Source: Octopus bimaculoides (taxonomy: Eukaryota). Taken from it: 34,650 nucleotides of DNA. How positions within the stretch are numbered: position 1 is the first letter of the stretch; every line of letters starts with the position of its first letter. Below are positions 10,734 to 23,072 of the stretch, piece by piece. The stretch is from assembly GCF_001194135.2 (NCBI RefSeq), contig NC_069004.1, positions 9,067,841 through 9,102,490 of the forward strand, given 5' to 3'. Made by a program: the position numbers and the translations under genes. The notes under the pieces were generated by a model. It saw only the letters and a list, made by a program, of their open reading frames with translations. It was not told the DNA's origin and searched no databases.

Positions 10734-11288
10734 ATTAAATATTGTGCTTTATAAAAAATATTATTAAACAGTGAGCTATATAAAAATATAGCTCACAACG
10801 AGCACTACACTTTTTTCCTATCTGTATATTAATGCGTGTATTTATGCATACATATGTTTATGTGTGTATCATGTAAATATGTACGTGTTTATGAAAGTGT
10901 GTATGTGTGTATATAAAGGAGAAGCCGTGCACCAAGTTACAACAAGTAGAGACATAAGTGAGTGCGCGCGCATGTACTTTTGGTAAACACATTTTTAGCT
11001 ACTTTTGCCTGTACAGTCTGGAAAAATCAGAAACACAGAAAATGAGTTACTGAGCGTTAATGAAGATATAAATAAAGGCTGAAACTAATCAGTTTGATCT
11101 CGTGTATTTATTTATCTATTTTAGGGATGTATTTTTCTCTGATGAGAGAAACATATTTAACCATGATTTTCTGGTCTTGACAGCAGGACCCAAGGAATGT
11201 GTTTACTTAAAAGAAACATGCCCCTAAGTTAAAATACGCACGTACATACATATATATATAAATATATATATATACGGGTTTATGTACG

Positions 11289-11359
<71 letters not shown>

Positions 11360-11982
11360 NNNNNNNNNNNNNNNNNNNNNNNNNNNNNNNNNNNNNNNNN
11401 NNNNNNNNNNNNNNNNNNNNNNNNNNNNNNNNNNNNNNNNNNNNNNNNNNNNNNNNNNNNNNNNNNNNNNNNNNNNNNNNNNNNNNNNNNNNNNNNNNNN
11501 NNNNNNNNNNNNNNNNNNNNNNNNNNNNNNNNNNNNNNNNNNNNNNNNNNNNNNNNNNNNNNNNNNNNNNNNNNNNNNNNNNNNNNNNNNNNNNNNNNNN
11601 NNNNNNNNNNNNNNNNNNNNNNNNNNNNNNNNNNNNNNNNNNNNNNNNNNNNNNNNNNNNNNNNNNNNNNNNNNNNNNNNNNNNNNNNNNNNNNNNNNNN
11701 NNNNNNNNNNNNNNNNNNNNNNNNNNNNNNNNNNNNNNNNNNNNNNNNNNNNNNNNNNNNNNNNNNNNNNNNNNNNNNNNNNNNNNNNNNNNNNTATATA
11801 TATATATGTGTGTATATATGTGTGTATGTATATATATATATATATATATGTGTGTATATATGTGTGTATGTATATATATATATATGTGTGTATATATGTG
11901 TATATATATATATATATATATGTGTGTGTATGTGTGTGTGTATATATATATGTGTATATATGTGTGTATGTATATATATATA

Positions 11983-12024
<42 letters not shown>

Positions 12025-12125
12025 GTATGTATGTATGTGTTTATAATACTGTCTACAGTACATTCGTTTATCTAGTGATATCGTAAAAACCTATGTTTTG
12101 TTTTTTTTTCTTATCGACAATGCAG

Positions 12126-12186
12126 ATTATTCGGTCGAGATACTGAAATGCCGTATGATCTTGTGAAACCAACAGAAAGCCGGAAG
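12126..12186 (+). CDS. C15orf48: C15orf48/NMES1-like coding exon 3 (A+LFGRDTEMPYDLVKPTESRK)
   Basis: T-rich tract and tgcAG acceptor, donor AAG|GTAATT. Only the phase 2 to 0 frame is open, matching both neighbours. MPYDLVKPTESRK parallels EPWETVDPTVPQK. Confidence 0.9.
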
Positions 12187-12416
12187 GTAATTATTGACTT
12201 TCATCAAATAAAAATTCTATGTGCATCCTACTATATTTCATATATTGTCGGTAATTTGGGTTGGCCGGAAGGGTTGGTCAGTTTTCTTTTCTTAAGTTGT
12301 GGAGTGGAATTAGTAATCATACGATATTAGTAGTTTCATTGAATTTATTCAATGAAAGAAAAGGAAAATACTTTTAAAAAATTGCCAACTCATATCTATT
12401 TAAGAATATGAAAGAG

Positions 12417-12945
12417 TTTACCTTTTATCGTTTTACTTGCCTCAATCAATGGACTACGGCCATGCTGGGGCATACTGGGACATACTGCGGCACCGCTGAG
12501 AATCGTATCTTTTACCGAACCACTAGGTTACGCGCACGTATGCGTGTGCGTGTGTGTATGTAGTCAAATCGAACATTAATATTAACAAGGTGCTCCAGCA
12601 TGGCCATAGCCTTGTATGTATAAACATACATATATATTTATATTGGGTGGCTGTGTGATAAGAAGCTTGCTTCCCAACCATATGGTTCTGGGTTCAGCCC
12701 CTCTACGTGGTACCTTGGGCAAGTGTCTTCTACTATAGCTACTTACCACACAGCCACTCCTGCGCCTATATNNNNNNNNNNCACACATACGGCAAGTTTC
12801 CATATGGTTTCCCTCTACAAAATAAACTCACAAGTCATTGGTCAACCCGGAGCCATATTAGAAGTCACTAGCTCAAACTGCCGTGCTCTGCGACCGAACC
12901 CGAAACCATATGGTTGGGAAAGCTAGCTCGTCAACCACGAATCCA
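12417..12945. mobile_element. Cluster of family-B SINE fragments in both orientations
   Basis: 3' part on minus (12417-12560), head on plus (12645-12745, with A/B-box-like motifs), head on minus (12790-12945). Confidence 0.7.
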
Positions 12946-13031
12946 GGTTTGCGTTCGGACTATACATTTGCATGCCTTTTTGCTGTTTATTTATTTATCT
13001 ATTTATTAATTTATCTATTTATTTATTTCAG

Positions 13032-13112
13032 CTGGTGAACATCAATGAAAAATATGTACCAATTCCAGAACTGGAGCAGCTCAAGAAAGAAATTGGCAGC
13101 TTCAAGAATTAA
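13032..13112 (+). CDS. C15orf48: C15orf48/NMES1-like terminal coding exon (LVNINEKYVPIPELEQLKKEIGSFKN*)
   Basis: tttcAG acceptor, phase 0, TAA at 13110-13112. Parallels LITINQQWKPIEELQNVQR of C15orf48. Confidence 0.9.
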   Translation: MVNINEKYVPIPELEQLKKEIGSFKN

Positions 13113-13154
13113 CATGTACCACCCTTCGTCATAGGCATTGATATATAATTATAC

Positions 13155-13208
<54 letters not shown>

Positions 13209-13297
13209 CTGCTTATGTACGTACATACATATACATACATATATTNNNNNNNNNNATATACATACATATATTATATATATATATATATGTATGTATG

Positions 13298-13337
<40 letters not shown>

Positions 13338-13744
13338 CTTATGTGTCTGAATGTGTTTGTGTAGGCGTGTATATGTATGCCTATATGTATGTATGTATGT
13401 AATGTGTGTATGTATGTATGCATGTATGTACGAATGTATGTATGTATGTATGAACGTATGTATGTAATGTATGTAATGTATGTATGTATGTATGTATGCA
13501 TATGCGTTTGCAGTGTTTAGGAACGTAAAGGAAATATAGACTTCTGCTTTATGACAAAATATAAGACTCGTTGTTTGCATTTTGACGTTGATAAATAATT
13601 TAACAAGCATTGGTTTGTTATCGGCAAACTATCATAAGTCTTGTTATTTTTTTATTTATATTTATATTCCGTTTTTATTCCTAACACTATTGCAATATAT
13701 ATATATACATACGTGCATACATAGATACATATATTCATATATAT

Positions 13745-13787
<43 letters not shown>

Positions 13788-13854
13788 GTGTATATGTATA
13801 TATGTATACATGCATACATACATAAACACACAAACAAACAATATATTTATTTTT

Positions 13855-13874
13855 AATAAAGGAAATTGAATAAA
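13855..13874 (+). terminator. Tandem AATAAA polyadenylation signals of the C15orf48-like gene
   Basis: AATAAA at 13855 and 13869, followed by T-rich sequence, about 750 nt after the stop codon. Confidence 0.45.
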
Positions 13875-16399
13875 AACATCTTTTGAATTTTAAAAGTGGA
13901 TACTCTTTTTCTTTTATATTTTCTTGGTGAGCAGCATTTGTATTTGAATAATATTTAATTGTTGAAATACTTAAAATATTCGAATTTAAATCTCATTCCA
14001 TGTTCGTCCTCTTTGCGTTGTTATTCGAGTGACTCGTCACTTAGATAGATCCCTTCCTTTCAGTGATGGGAAACAAACGAGTCTGGAGCTGCAGAATGAA
14101 GGCAGAACGAAACCCTATAGATTTGATGGTTAAGTGCCATTGTTGTATCATCAATAGACAAATAAAGAAGACACGATACGTCTGTGGGTTAGGGGGCTGA
14201 TGTGATTTGGTAAGTGACCAATCAAACGATTACGTTTTCTCTGAATGCAACTTAACGATGTTTGCGTGTGAAGCGGTAGTCCTACAGTTCTGTCCCACAT
14301 AGTGAAGCAGTTAGTTATTAGGGGTTTCACCTAAGTTTGTAAAGTATTTTTCTGACCCTGAAAAAATGGCCCTGCCTGTGATGCGTTTTCTTTTTTTTTT
14401 TTTATAAGAAATCGTTCATACCAGTGAGGTCCAGCATTTGGAGGGACTGTGACGTCGCTCATGTTAGACTGGTACTTATTTACATAAAATAGCTATCCTA
14501 TTACCACCTTTATTGACTTCATCGCTGGATCTGGTAAACTGAGACTGTTAATAACGATACAGAAATGTACCTATTTGTCATTGAGTGAATGAAAATAATG
14601 TTAGAAGAAGGAAAACAAAAAGCGTAATGTCTCTATTACATTGTCATATTGATTGGTTTTGCTGTCTCTTAGCGCATAAATGTATATTATATTCCTATGT
14701 CCGACAATTGACCCCTGATAATAATCGATTTATTTTTGCTGTAGCTGCCATATTGCTTTATTTAAATATTCACCATGTTTTCATCCACTTCTTTCCGTCA
14801 TTTTATTTTATCTCTGAAAAACTAACAAAGATATCCATTATTCTTTTCTCTGCGTTTTATTATATTTCCACTTAGTTAAAATAATGTGATGGATGACGGA
14901 ATCGATCAATAGAGCAGAGGTATATAAATAGTTCATATAACATCCTTTAACATTATCACTTCAAATCTACCTTAGGTCACCTTTGTTTTTCATCCTTCTG
15001 GGACCGGTAAAAATAAACAGATAACAGGCAATTTCAGGAGGAACAGAGTAATGTAATTGTCTTTATACAGTCTCGAATCATTTCTGGACTTGTTTTCGTA
15101 CGATATACGTTAACATGCGAGAGAGCAGACGATCGAGTGGAAAATGTAACGAAGATCCAGAGAATGATCGGAGTGTCTGGTCCTCAGTACTATACTGTGT
15201 CTAAAGCCAGGATATTTAGTTCGTAAATGACCCTGTTGGCACGAAAATTATTCTTTAACTGATATAGGCTTCTTTTTGGCTCACACAGAATCCCTTGTTT
15301 CATGGTATCTTTCTAATTGGATTTTAAAGTATTCCATATCGTTCCATGATATCTTCAGTGTTGGTTAATTTCCTTTTCAGAAGCATCAGAGAGTAACCTT
15401 TTAATTTAAAGCAGCGCCAAGGCAACGTCTATAAACCTGGCAAGTGGTTTGTTAGCTTGCGCTGCTAAGTTTAGTTTCTAAGAACTCAGAGACAACCCTG
15501 GGGCAGTTACTTCACTGCTAACGTAAAAACCAGCGATTTTTTAGTGTCTTCAACGACCAACAGAGTTTATGGAACATTCATGATGCGATTGGACAGATTT
15601 CCAATTATATTTTACAACAGCTTTCTTTATAATACATCTTTACCCAAATAATAGTTTCAGAAATTACACAAAAACCATTAAATTCACTTTTTATTTGTTT
15701 CTTGTGTTCCTTTGCAGCCTGTTTAACAACACAATTCCACGTAAATTCAAGTAATTAGCCAGAAAAACATGACTCTGTAACAGAAGATTTCTGTTTTTCT
15801 TCTGCATATTTGACAGTGGAAGCGATTGTTTATTTATTTATTCATTTATTTATTTATTTATTTATCTCATTGACGTTCAAAATACATCAGAGATACTCAG
15901 AGAAAAATATTGAACGCAATAATTCGATGTTATACATTTTTACATACATTTTATTGTTATTATTTAATTGGTTATGGTTTTTTTTCTTTTAAGAATAGAT
16001 TGATGGGTTGGCAGAAATGGTAAGAAATGATTTTTTTAAAAAATAGCAGAAATGCGAAGAACGCCGAACTCAATGTTACAAAGTTGTAGATTTTGAATTC
16101 AAGTTTTATGAAAATTGGCATTCTGTATTTTGTACGTGTAATCCGCTTAGATCGATGTAATTGACAACATAATTTCCCCTTCAGAAAACGGTTCTGTTCT
16201 TAGACAAATTGTAATGTATACAATTCATATATATGTATATACGTACATGTGTGCATATATGTGTGTGTGTATGTATGTATGTATATATGTATATATATGT
16301 ATATATATATATGTTTATATATATGTATATATATGTATATATATATATATATATGTTTATATATATGTATACATATGTGTGTCTGTGTGNNNNNNNNNN

Positions 16400-16454
<55 letters not shown>

Positions 16455-16509
16455 GTTTATATGTATATATGTATATATATATGTATATATACATATGTTT
16501 ATATATATG

Positions 16510-16686
16510 TTACTTTCTGTTTCCTCCTTGATTTCCCTCTTTTGATGTTGTGGCGCTCATCTGTGTAAAATCGTATAATGGATTGTCGATAATTGTCTGG
16601 TGAACTTTTATGAAAAATGGGATGTACATCAGGTAATCGAGGAAATGAATGTAACCCGCTGATGGACGGCTGAGTTTGCTGAGAAT
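16510..16686 (-). CDS. Terminal exon of the EF-hand-like gene (ILSKLSRPSAGYIHFLDYLMYIPFFIKVHQTIIDNPLYDFTQMSATTSKEGNQGGNRK*)
   Basis: gggtttcgtttcAG acceptor, phase 0, stop at 16512-16510. GYIHFLDY resembles the exit of an EF-hand loop. FLDYxxYIPxFxxxHxxIxxNPL resembles a C-terminal motif I recall from uncharacterised invertebrate EF-hand proteins (unverified). Confidence 0.85.
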   Translation of the reverse strand: MLSKLSRPSAGYIHFLDYLMYIPFFIKVHQTIIDNPLYDFTQMSATTSKEGNQGGNRK

Positions 16687-17489
16687 CTGAAACGAAACCC
16701 AAACCAGACAAACATGTACACTGATGCTATTTAAGTGGTGGTGGGCAGGAATAACATACTTTAATGACACATAAAATGTTTAATCAATCGCGATTACAGC
16801 CACGGACCCCTAATCACCTTCGTACTTATATTGTATAAGTAAAAAAAAAGTAAGCACTGTCTCGAACCTCGAGAGCCTTAAGACCGGTTACCCAGTTTTC
16901 ATGGTGTATAGGAAACTGAGATCACAACATTTCACCCTCAGCGGCCCGCCAGTCCACTGCAGGATAATTCATTTGCAGTCGAGTGGATTAGAGTAACGTG
17001 AAATGAAGTGTTTTGGTCTCTGAACATGTATACGATACCATCCCAAAACTCCATCGATAAATTGTGCTAATCAAAAATTCCCTCGAAAGATTCTTTCCCA
17101 TCTTCAAAACGGGAACCTCAGTAAAGATCGAACTACCATCAATTTTGATCTGCAGTTTCACTCACATGGCTTTTGTTCACCTTAGGTCAAGACACTCGTT
17201 CTTGGTGCCGTGCAATGGGATCGACCCAAGAGCAACGAACATGCAAATTTTATGTTTAGCCATACAAGTATGCAAGGAAATACTAATGACAGGATACAAT
17301 CGTTCGAACGTCCGTTCGGCCAGTAATTTATCAATTTGGACATCCTACGTCTCTAGGTTTAATACATACAAAGATATTAATATAAGCGTGTTACAGGAGA
17401 AGGGCGGAAACTGTGGCCACCAGACGAGCGGTAGTGGCTAATGAAGCGCCACTTGTCTAGTAGTAGTTCAGAACGGAAGTAACGTTCAA

Positions 17490-17756
17490 CAACTGCTACT
17501 GCTGCTACTACTACTACTACTACTATCACTACTACGACAACTATTAAAACTACTACTACTACTACAACTATTACTACTACTACTAATAATAATAATAATA
17601 ATAATATTACTGCTGCTAATGATGATGAGGAGAAGGATGCTGGTGAGGATGATGATGATGATATTACTACTACTGCTGCTGTTGCTGCTACTACTACAAC
17701 TGCTACTACTACTCCTGCAACTACAACACTTATGCCACCACTACTACTACTACGAC

Positions 17757-17791
<35 letters not shown>

Positions 17792-17840
17792 CTACTACTA
17801 CTACTGCTGCTGCTGCTACTGCTATTACTATTACTACTGA
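17490..17840. repeat. Compound trinucleotide microsatellite (ACT/AAT/GCT/GAT)
   Basis: Seen directly; related tracts at 18860-18945, 21185-21250, 21325-21368 (GGC), 26780-26840, 27000-27135 and 27670-27740. Confidence 0.95.
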
Positions 17841-17893
17841 TCCTGTAGCTGGTGTTGCTGCTGCTTCTGCTGTCGTAAACTGAAATCACTTAC

Positions 17894-18007
17894 GGTGGCT
17901 GAATCCGTTGTGCTCAGTCGACCAGCAGCCAGTTCAATGTACAACGCCATTGTAGTTGTGACGTCACTTGGTAACAATGTGTCGGTCTGGAGCAGCTGGA
18001 ACAGTTC
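17894..18007 (-). CDS. EF-hand-like region exon (ELFQLLQTDTLLPSDVTTTMALYIELAAGRLSTTDSAT)
   Basis: tttgttttgtgacatttgcacAG acceptor, ACC|GTAAGT donor. Only the phase 0 frame is open (114 nt). Confidence 0.85.
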
Positions 18008-18214
18008 CTGTGCAAATGTCACAAAACAAAGCATTAAGGGCAACCGTTTTAACAAATTAAACGCAACATTAATCGTTCCGTAAATGTTTTCTTCCCCTCA
18101 TACTTAAATATTCTTAATTAGTATATTATTAATGAATTAGCGTTTGTTTGTTGTTGTTTTTTTTCTTTGTTCCATTCACTGCATTGACTATAATGACCGT
18201 GAGAATGACCTCCC

Positions 18215-18385
18215 TGTTGTTGTTGTTGTTGTTGTTGGTACTCCGTCGCTTACGACGTCGAGGGTTCCAGTTGATCCGATCAACGGAACAGCCTGCTCGT
18301 GAAATTAACATGCAAGTGGCTGAGCACTCCACAGACACGTGTACCCTTAACGTAGTTCTCGGGGATATTCAGTGTGATGGCCTTA
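18215..18385 (-). mobile_element. SINE family C 3' end with (CAA)n tail
   Basis: Nearly identical to 32611-32760. Confidence 0.8.
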
Positions 18386-18699
18386 ACTTGACTTATCTTT
18401 CGAATGGATGGCGTCCCTGAATAATTTCCATCAGTCGTTATGATGGTTACATTTTAAGCTTATTCATGTACATTATTATACATCAAAATGGTGATTCTTT
18501 AGTCATTAATTTGACAATTAAGGGGAAATCTAAGCTACGCCGATGGGATTTATTAAGGTAGAATCACCTGTTTTTGCTTTATTTTTTTGTTTTTTGTTTT
18601 TTCTTCGTGAACTACGATGACTCTAACTTCATTCTGAAATCACATGATTAATCGATTAATGAACTATTAAAATGGGGAGGGGAGATAACAGAGAGGGAC

Positions 18700-18797
18700 A
18701 GAGAAAGAGAAGAGAGAGGAGAAAGAGAAGAGAGAGGAGAAAGAGAAGAGAGAGGAGAAAGAGAAGAGAGAGGAGAAAGAGAAGAGAGAGGAGAAAG
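18700..18797. repeat. 18-bp purine minisatellite (GAGAAAGAGAAGAGAGAG), about 5 copies
   Basis: Seen directly. Confidence 0.9.
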
Positions 18798-19554
18798 GCA
18801 GGGAATGAGAAGAGAGATGTGGGAGAGGACTGTGCGATCAGGGCTTCCTGGATCTAAACAACAACAACTACTACTACTACTACTACTACTGCTACTACTA
18901 CTGCTGCTGCTGCTGCTGCTACTACTACCACTACTATTACTACTAACACAAGAAAAGCAATTGACCAATTGTTGAAATCTGGTGATTAACCGAAGAAGAC
19001 AATAATGGAATCAAACATTAAATAAACTGAGAAGGAGAGAGAGAGGGAGAGGGAGAGAGAGAGAGACAGAGACAGACAGACAGACAGACAGGCAGGCAGG
19101 CAGAGCGAGCGAGCTAGGGTTATTAGTGTCTTCATTTAATCGAATAAGGGAATCGCGGAATAATACATTAAATAAACTAACAGAGGGACTGTAAGAGAGA
19201 AAGAAAGGCAGTGTGAGAGAGGGAGAGAGGGAAAGCAAGAAACAGCAAAGGAGAGACAGACATACAGTAAGATATAGAGAGAGAAATTGTAAAGGAGTCA
19301 GTGAGAGAAGAGAGGTCACTAGTGTCTTCATTTAACAGAAAGCTATCGAAAATGACATTAATTTAGTTTCACAGAACGATAAGTAATATAAGAGATAAAG
19401 AGTTAGCAGGATGTAATGATAATAGATAGCAGATAGAACGACCTAGGAGACTGCAATAAAAATAAATGTAATCTAAAGGTGACTACCATACAGTGTAGGG
19501 AAAATTATCGAAGTTTCGCACGCATTCCTTTGTCAAGCAAGAGAAGGAGGAGAA

Positions 19555-20000
19555 TTATAAATGAGATAAATCCGTGTTGCGATACAGAAATGGTAATGGA
19601 AGCATGAAAGAGAGAGAAGATCAGGAAGGAATGTTACAGGAGGGTACGAGCAGTCCTAAAATCCAAGCTGTTCCGGTTGTTATTTAGAGTTTCAATGCGT
19701 TGAACTGGGAATATGAGCGAAATAAGGAAGATTGACAGGAAAATCCGTAAGCTGCTGACTTGCAATAAGACGCTCCACACAAATGCAGGCGCAGATCGTC
19801 TTTGCCTTCCCAGAACTCAAGGAGGTCGAGGCTTGATCCAATTTGAGATCTACAAAACCACCACAAGTGGACTGGCGAAGTATCTTGAAACATCTAACGA
19901 CTGGATGCTAAAGATCGTTGAAAACTACGAAAGATGTAAGTTTCGTTCTGTTATGAAGGAGAGCAAAATATTTCAAGTGAGTTTATGCATAATACTCAGG
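19555..20000 (+). mobile_element. R4/Dong-type non-LTR retrotransposon RT C-terminal fragment, degraded
   Basis: AVPVVI*SFNALNW...EIRKIDRKIRKLLTCNKTLHTNAGADRLCLPRTQGGRGLIQFE...LAKYLETSNDWMLKIV matches the DRKTRKLL...HPKxDVDRLYLPRxxGGRGL signature. Confidence 0.75.
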
Positions 20001-21110
20001 TTGAACAGTGTGAAAGAAAATTTATTGTTGCATACAACAATATCTAAGACCCAGACAAAATGCACTTTCTTTTAAAGATATTCTGTGAAGTGTTGTTGTT
20101 CAGCCTAGTGAAAAGCTTCGAAGTGATCCGAAATTAGCAGCACTCTGTCAAATATGTTTGTATCCTTAAAATGCCATCAAACATCCAAACTCAATCGTCT
20201 AAGACCTGATCATAGAGAAATGTCAAAGCAAGCGAAACCCAAAACGACTAAGACTTGAAGAACTACACTACTAATGAGTCGCCGCTGAAATCATCAGGAG
20301 TTGAACGAGTGAGGTGCAGGAACGGAAACGACGCAATCTATAAATTCTTTTTCTATGAACGAAACTCAAACACAAAAACAATGTGTTCAAACAAAATTCA
20401 GTTTAAAATAAAGCAACGAGGACAATTGTTAAACAAACTATTTGTAATAGTAATATGATAACTGTTCAGGTTATTAACTCAATTGTTAATGACAGGTCGG
20501 TGACCCAGCGTTTTCCCAAATAGGAAGAAACAGATCTTTTTTATTAAACTAAATCATTGTCTGTTTGGTTTTGTTTCCTTTTTTTAAATACATATATATG
20601 AGGTGTGTTTCCATCAGTTTCACACTCAGTCGTCATCAAATGACTTATTCCGAGATATTTACATAGTGTCAGTCTGGATTCGAACAAAGAAACTTTATTT
20701 CTTAACTGAAAGTAATAACTAATAACGCACTTATCCACTAAGCCACTAGACCATGCATAAGTAAGCGGCTTAGTGGCCGAAAGTACCATTATGGTACTTT
20801 TATTTACTGATTGGTGCCTTGTTCGAATATGGTCTAGTACTATGTATATGTTCAGATAGAACCTTATATGTGCTTATTAAGATATAAAACATCTGATGAC
20901 CATCGAAGATCAAACCAATCGAAATACAGTGTAGAAGTGCCTCTAAATGGATTAATATAAGATTAATGAGCTTAAGAGTCCAAAAATTATCATCTAATTA
21001 ACAACTGCTCATTTCAGACATGTCACACATTTAATGAGATGGTTTATTGCTAAGTAGGAGTAAATATAGTTGAAATAACTTCTGTGAAAAATGGTTTTAA
21101 AAAATGTTAC

Positions 21111-21180
21111 CTTGCTTCGTTTCAGTTTAATGTCGAAGGCTGTGTAATTGGACCTGTCAACCAGGTTTTGGATAAACGGT
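21111..21180 (-). CDS. EF-hand-like region exon (A+PFIQNLVDRSNYTAFDIKLKRSK)
   Basis: (att)n-tttcAG acceptor, AAG|GTAACA donor, phase 2 to 0. Confidence 0.85.
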
Positions 21181-21184
21181 CTGA

Positions 21185-21250
<66 letters not shown>

Positions 21251-22468
21251 CCTTTCTACTAAAAGCACAAGGCCTGAAATTTTTGGAGGCGAGAGCTAGT
21301 CGATTGCATCGATTACAAATGGGTGCGGCAGCAGTGGCGGCGGTGGCGGCGGCGGCGGCGGCGGCGGCNNNNNNNNNNNNNNNNNNNNNNNNNNNNNNNN
21401 NNNNNNNNNNNNNNNNNNNNNNNNNNNNNNNNNNNNNNNNNNNNNNNNNNNNNNNNNNNNNNNNNNNNNNNNNNNNNNNNNNNNNNNNNNNNNNNNNNNN
21501 NNNNNNNNNNNNNNNNNNNNNNNNNNNNNNNNNNNNNNNNNNNNNNNNNNNNNNNNNNNNNNNNNNNNNNNNNNNNNNNNNNNNNNNNNNNNNNNNNNNN
21601 NNNNNNNNNNNNNNNNNNNNNNNNNNNNNNNNNNNNNNNNNNNNNNNNNNNNNNNNNNNNNNNNNNNNNNNNNNNNNNNNNNNNNNNNNNNNNNNNNNNN
21701 NNNNNNNNNNNNNNNNNNNNNNNNNNNNNNNNNNNNNNNNNNNNNNNNNNNNNNNNNNNNNNNNNNNNNNNNNNNNNNNNNNNNNNNNNNNNNNNNNNNN
21801 NNNNNNNNNNNNNNNNNNNNNNNNNNNNNNNNNNNNNNNNNNNNNNNNNNGCGTTGACTGTAGTAGTGATGAAAGAGGTGGTGATAGGCCTAGTAGAGGT
21901 GGTATCATTACTTGTTGTCGTTTATCCTCTCTGTCAGCCCCGATTGATTGGTCAGCCCTATGTCTCACAGGTCGAACTACTTACGGATGAGGCAACACAC
22001 AAAAACCACAGGGCTGTCTTCCATGTTGCTTCCCGTGTTTGCCACATTTATGTTTATCCGAAGAATTCACCGGACACTTCGACTCTGTATACAATAACGA
22101 ACCGTATGAAGTGCAGCGTGACATTCTGGTCTGCAGATGCTGCAGTTTCACCAGAGTCCAATCTATTCTCGTTCGTCAGGTTTTATTTTGTTGAAGTAAT
22201 GTAGAATATGTAAACTAGACACCATGACATGTCTATACTTTTTCACACATACACACACACGCATACACATATTTACACAAATACAGATACACTTACATGC
22301 ACAGATACACACATGCACACACATATACACGCATAAACACATATAGACACTTACATATACACATATACACATACATATACACACATATACACACATACAC
22401 ACACATTCACATACATAGACACACAGTACACGCATACATATATATATATACACACATACACACATGCG

Positions 22469-22502
<34 letters not shown>

Positions 22503-22735
22503 CATAGACATATACATATTTACACACACATCAACACATACACACGCGCTCACACAGACACATACAGACATACATGCGCACACATACACACACACACACC
22601 ACACACAAACACATACATGCTCACGCACACACACATACACATTCACATACATACTTAGAGGGCTTATCAATCAAGATATAATGCTAGCAACAAAAGGGAG
22701 AGTGGGAGTGAGGAGGGTGGTAAGTTGGGAGTATT

Positions 22736-22748
22736 GTTGCTTAGCAAC
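22736..22748. promoter_or_regulatory. RFX X-box-like palindrome
   Basis: GTTGCTTAGCAAC, the exact reverse complement of 2821-2833; half-site TAGCAAC at about 22685. Confidence 0.45.
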
Positions 22749-22877
22749 AAATAGCAGAAATTGTTATCTATAACGGGAGTGTTCAATAAGAGACGACAAT
22801 AATCCATTGTGGAGACGGAAATATCAATCAATGCTTAATTATTTTTAGAAATCATTCTAAATGTGGGAAAATCTAGA

Positions 22878-22957
<80 letters not shown>

Positions 22958-22960
<3 letters not shown>

Positions 22961-23072
22961 TCCTTTCTACTAAAGGCATAAGGCCTGAAATTTTGTGGGG
23001 AGGAGACTAGTCAATTACATCGACCCCAGTGTTTCACTGATACTTAATTTACTGACCCCGAAAGGATGAACG
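22958..23072 (-). mobile_element. SINE family A 3' half with long (ATT)n tail (22878-22957); a similar piece lies at 21245-21315
   Basis: gatcctttctactaaaggcataaggcctgaaattt...catcgaccccagtg. Confidence 0.7.

Noticed and set aside
11125-11225. Possible plus-strand exon (DVFFSDERNIF…) and CTGATGAGAGAAAC
   Set aside because: No good donor, not needed for the homologous protein, and no stem II for a hammerhead.
13509-13548. GGAAAT…CTTCTGCT in the 3'UTR, echoing miR-147b, which is hosted in the vertebrate C15orf48 3'UTR
   Set aside because: The UGUGCG seed is absent, there is a 4-nt insertion, and only a weak short hairpin forms; most likely coincidence. Small-RNA data would settle it.
15330-15430. 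Minus-strand TLPWRCFKLKGYSLMLLKRKLTNTEDIMERYGIL* as an alternative terminal exon
   Set aside because: Weak acceptor; the exon at 16510-16686 already supplies a motif-bearing C-terminus.
21985-22200. Complex sequence with a strong minus-strand GTAAGT donor, and a CUGACGA…GAAAC near-hammerhead
   Set aside because: The frame required by the neighbouring exons hits a stop with the plausible acceptor; the ribozyme candidate has a poor stem II and lacks the A15.1-U16.1 pair.
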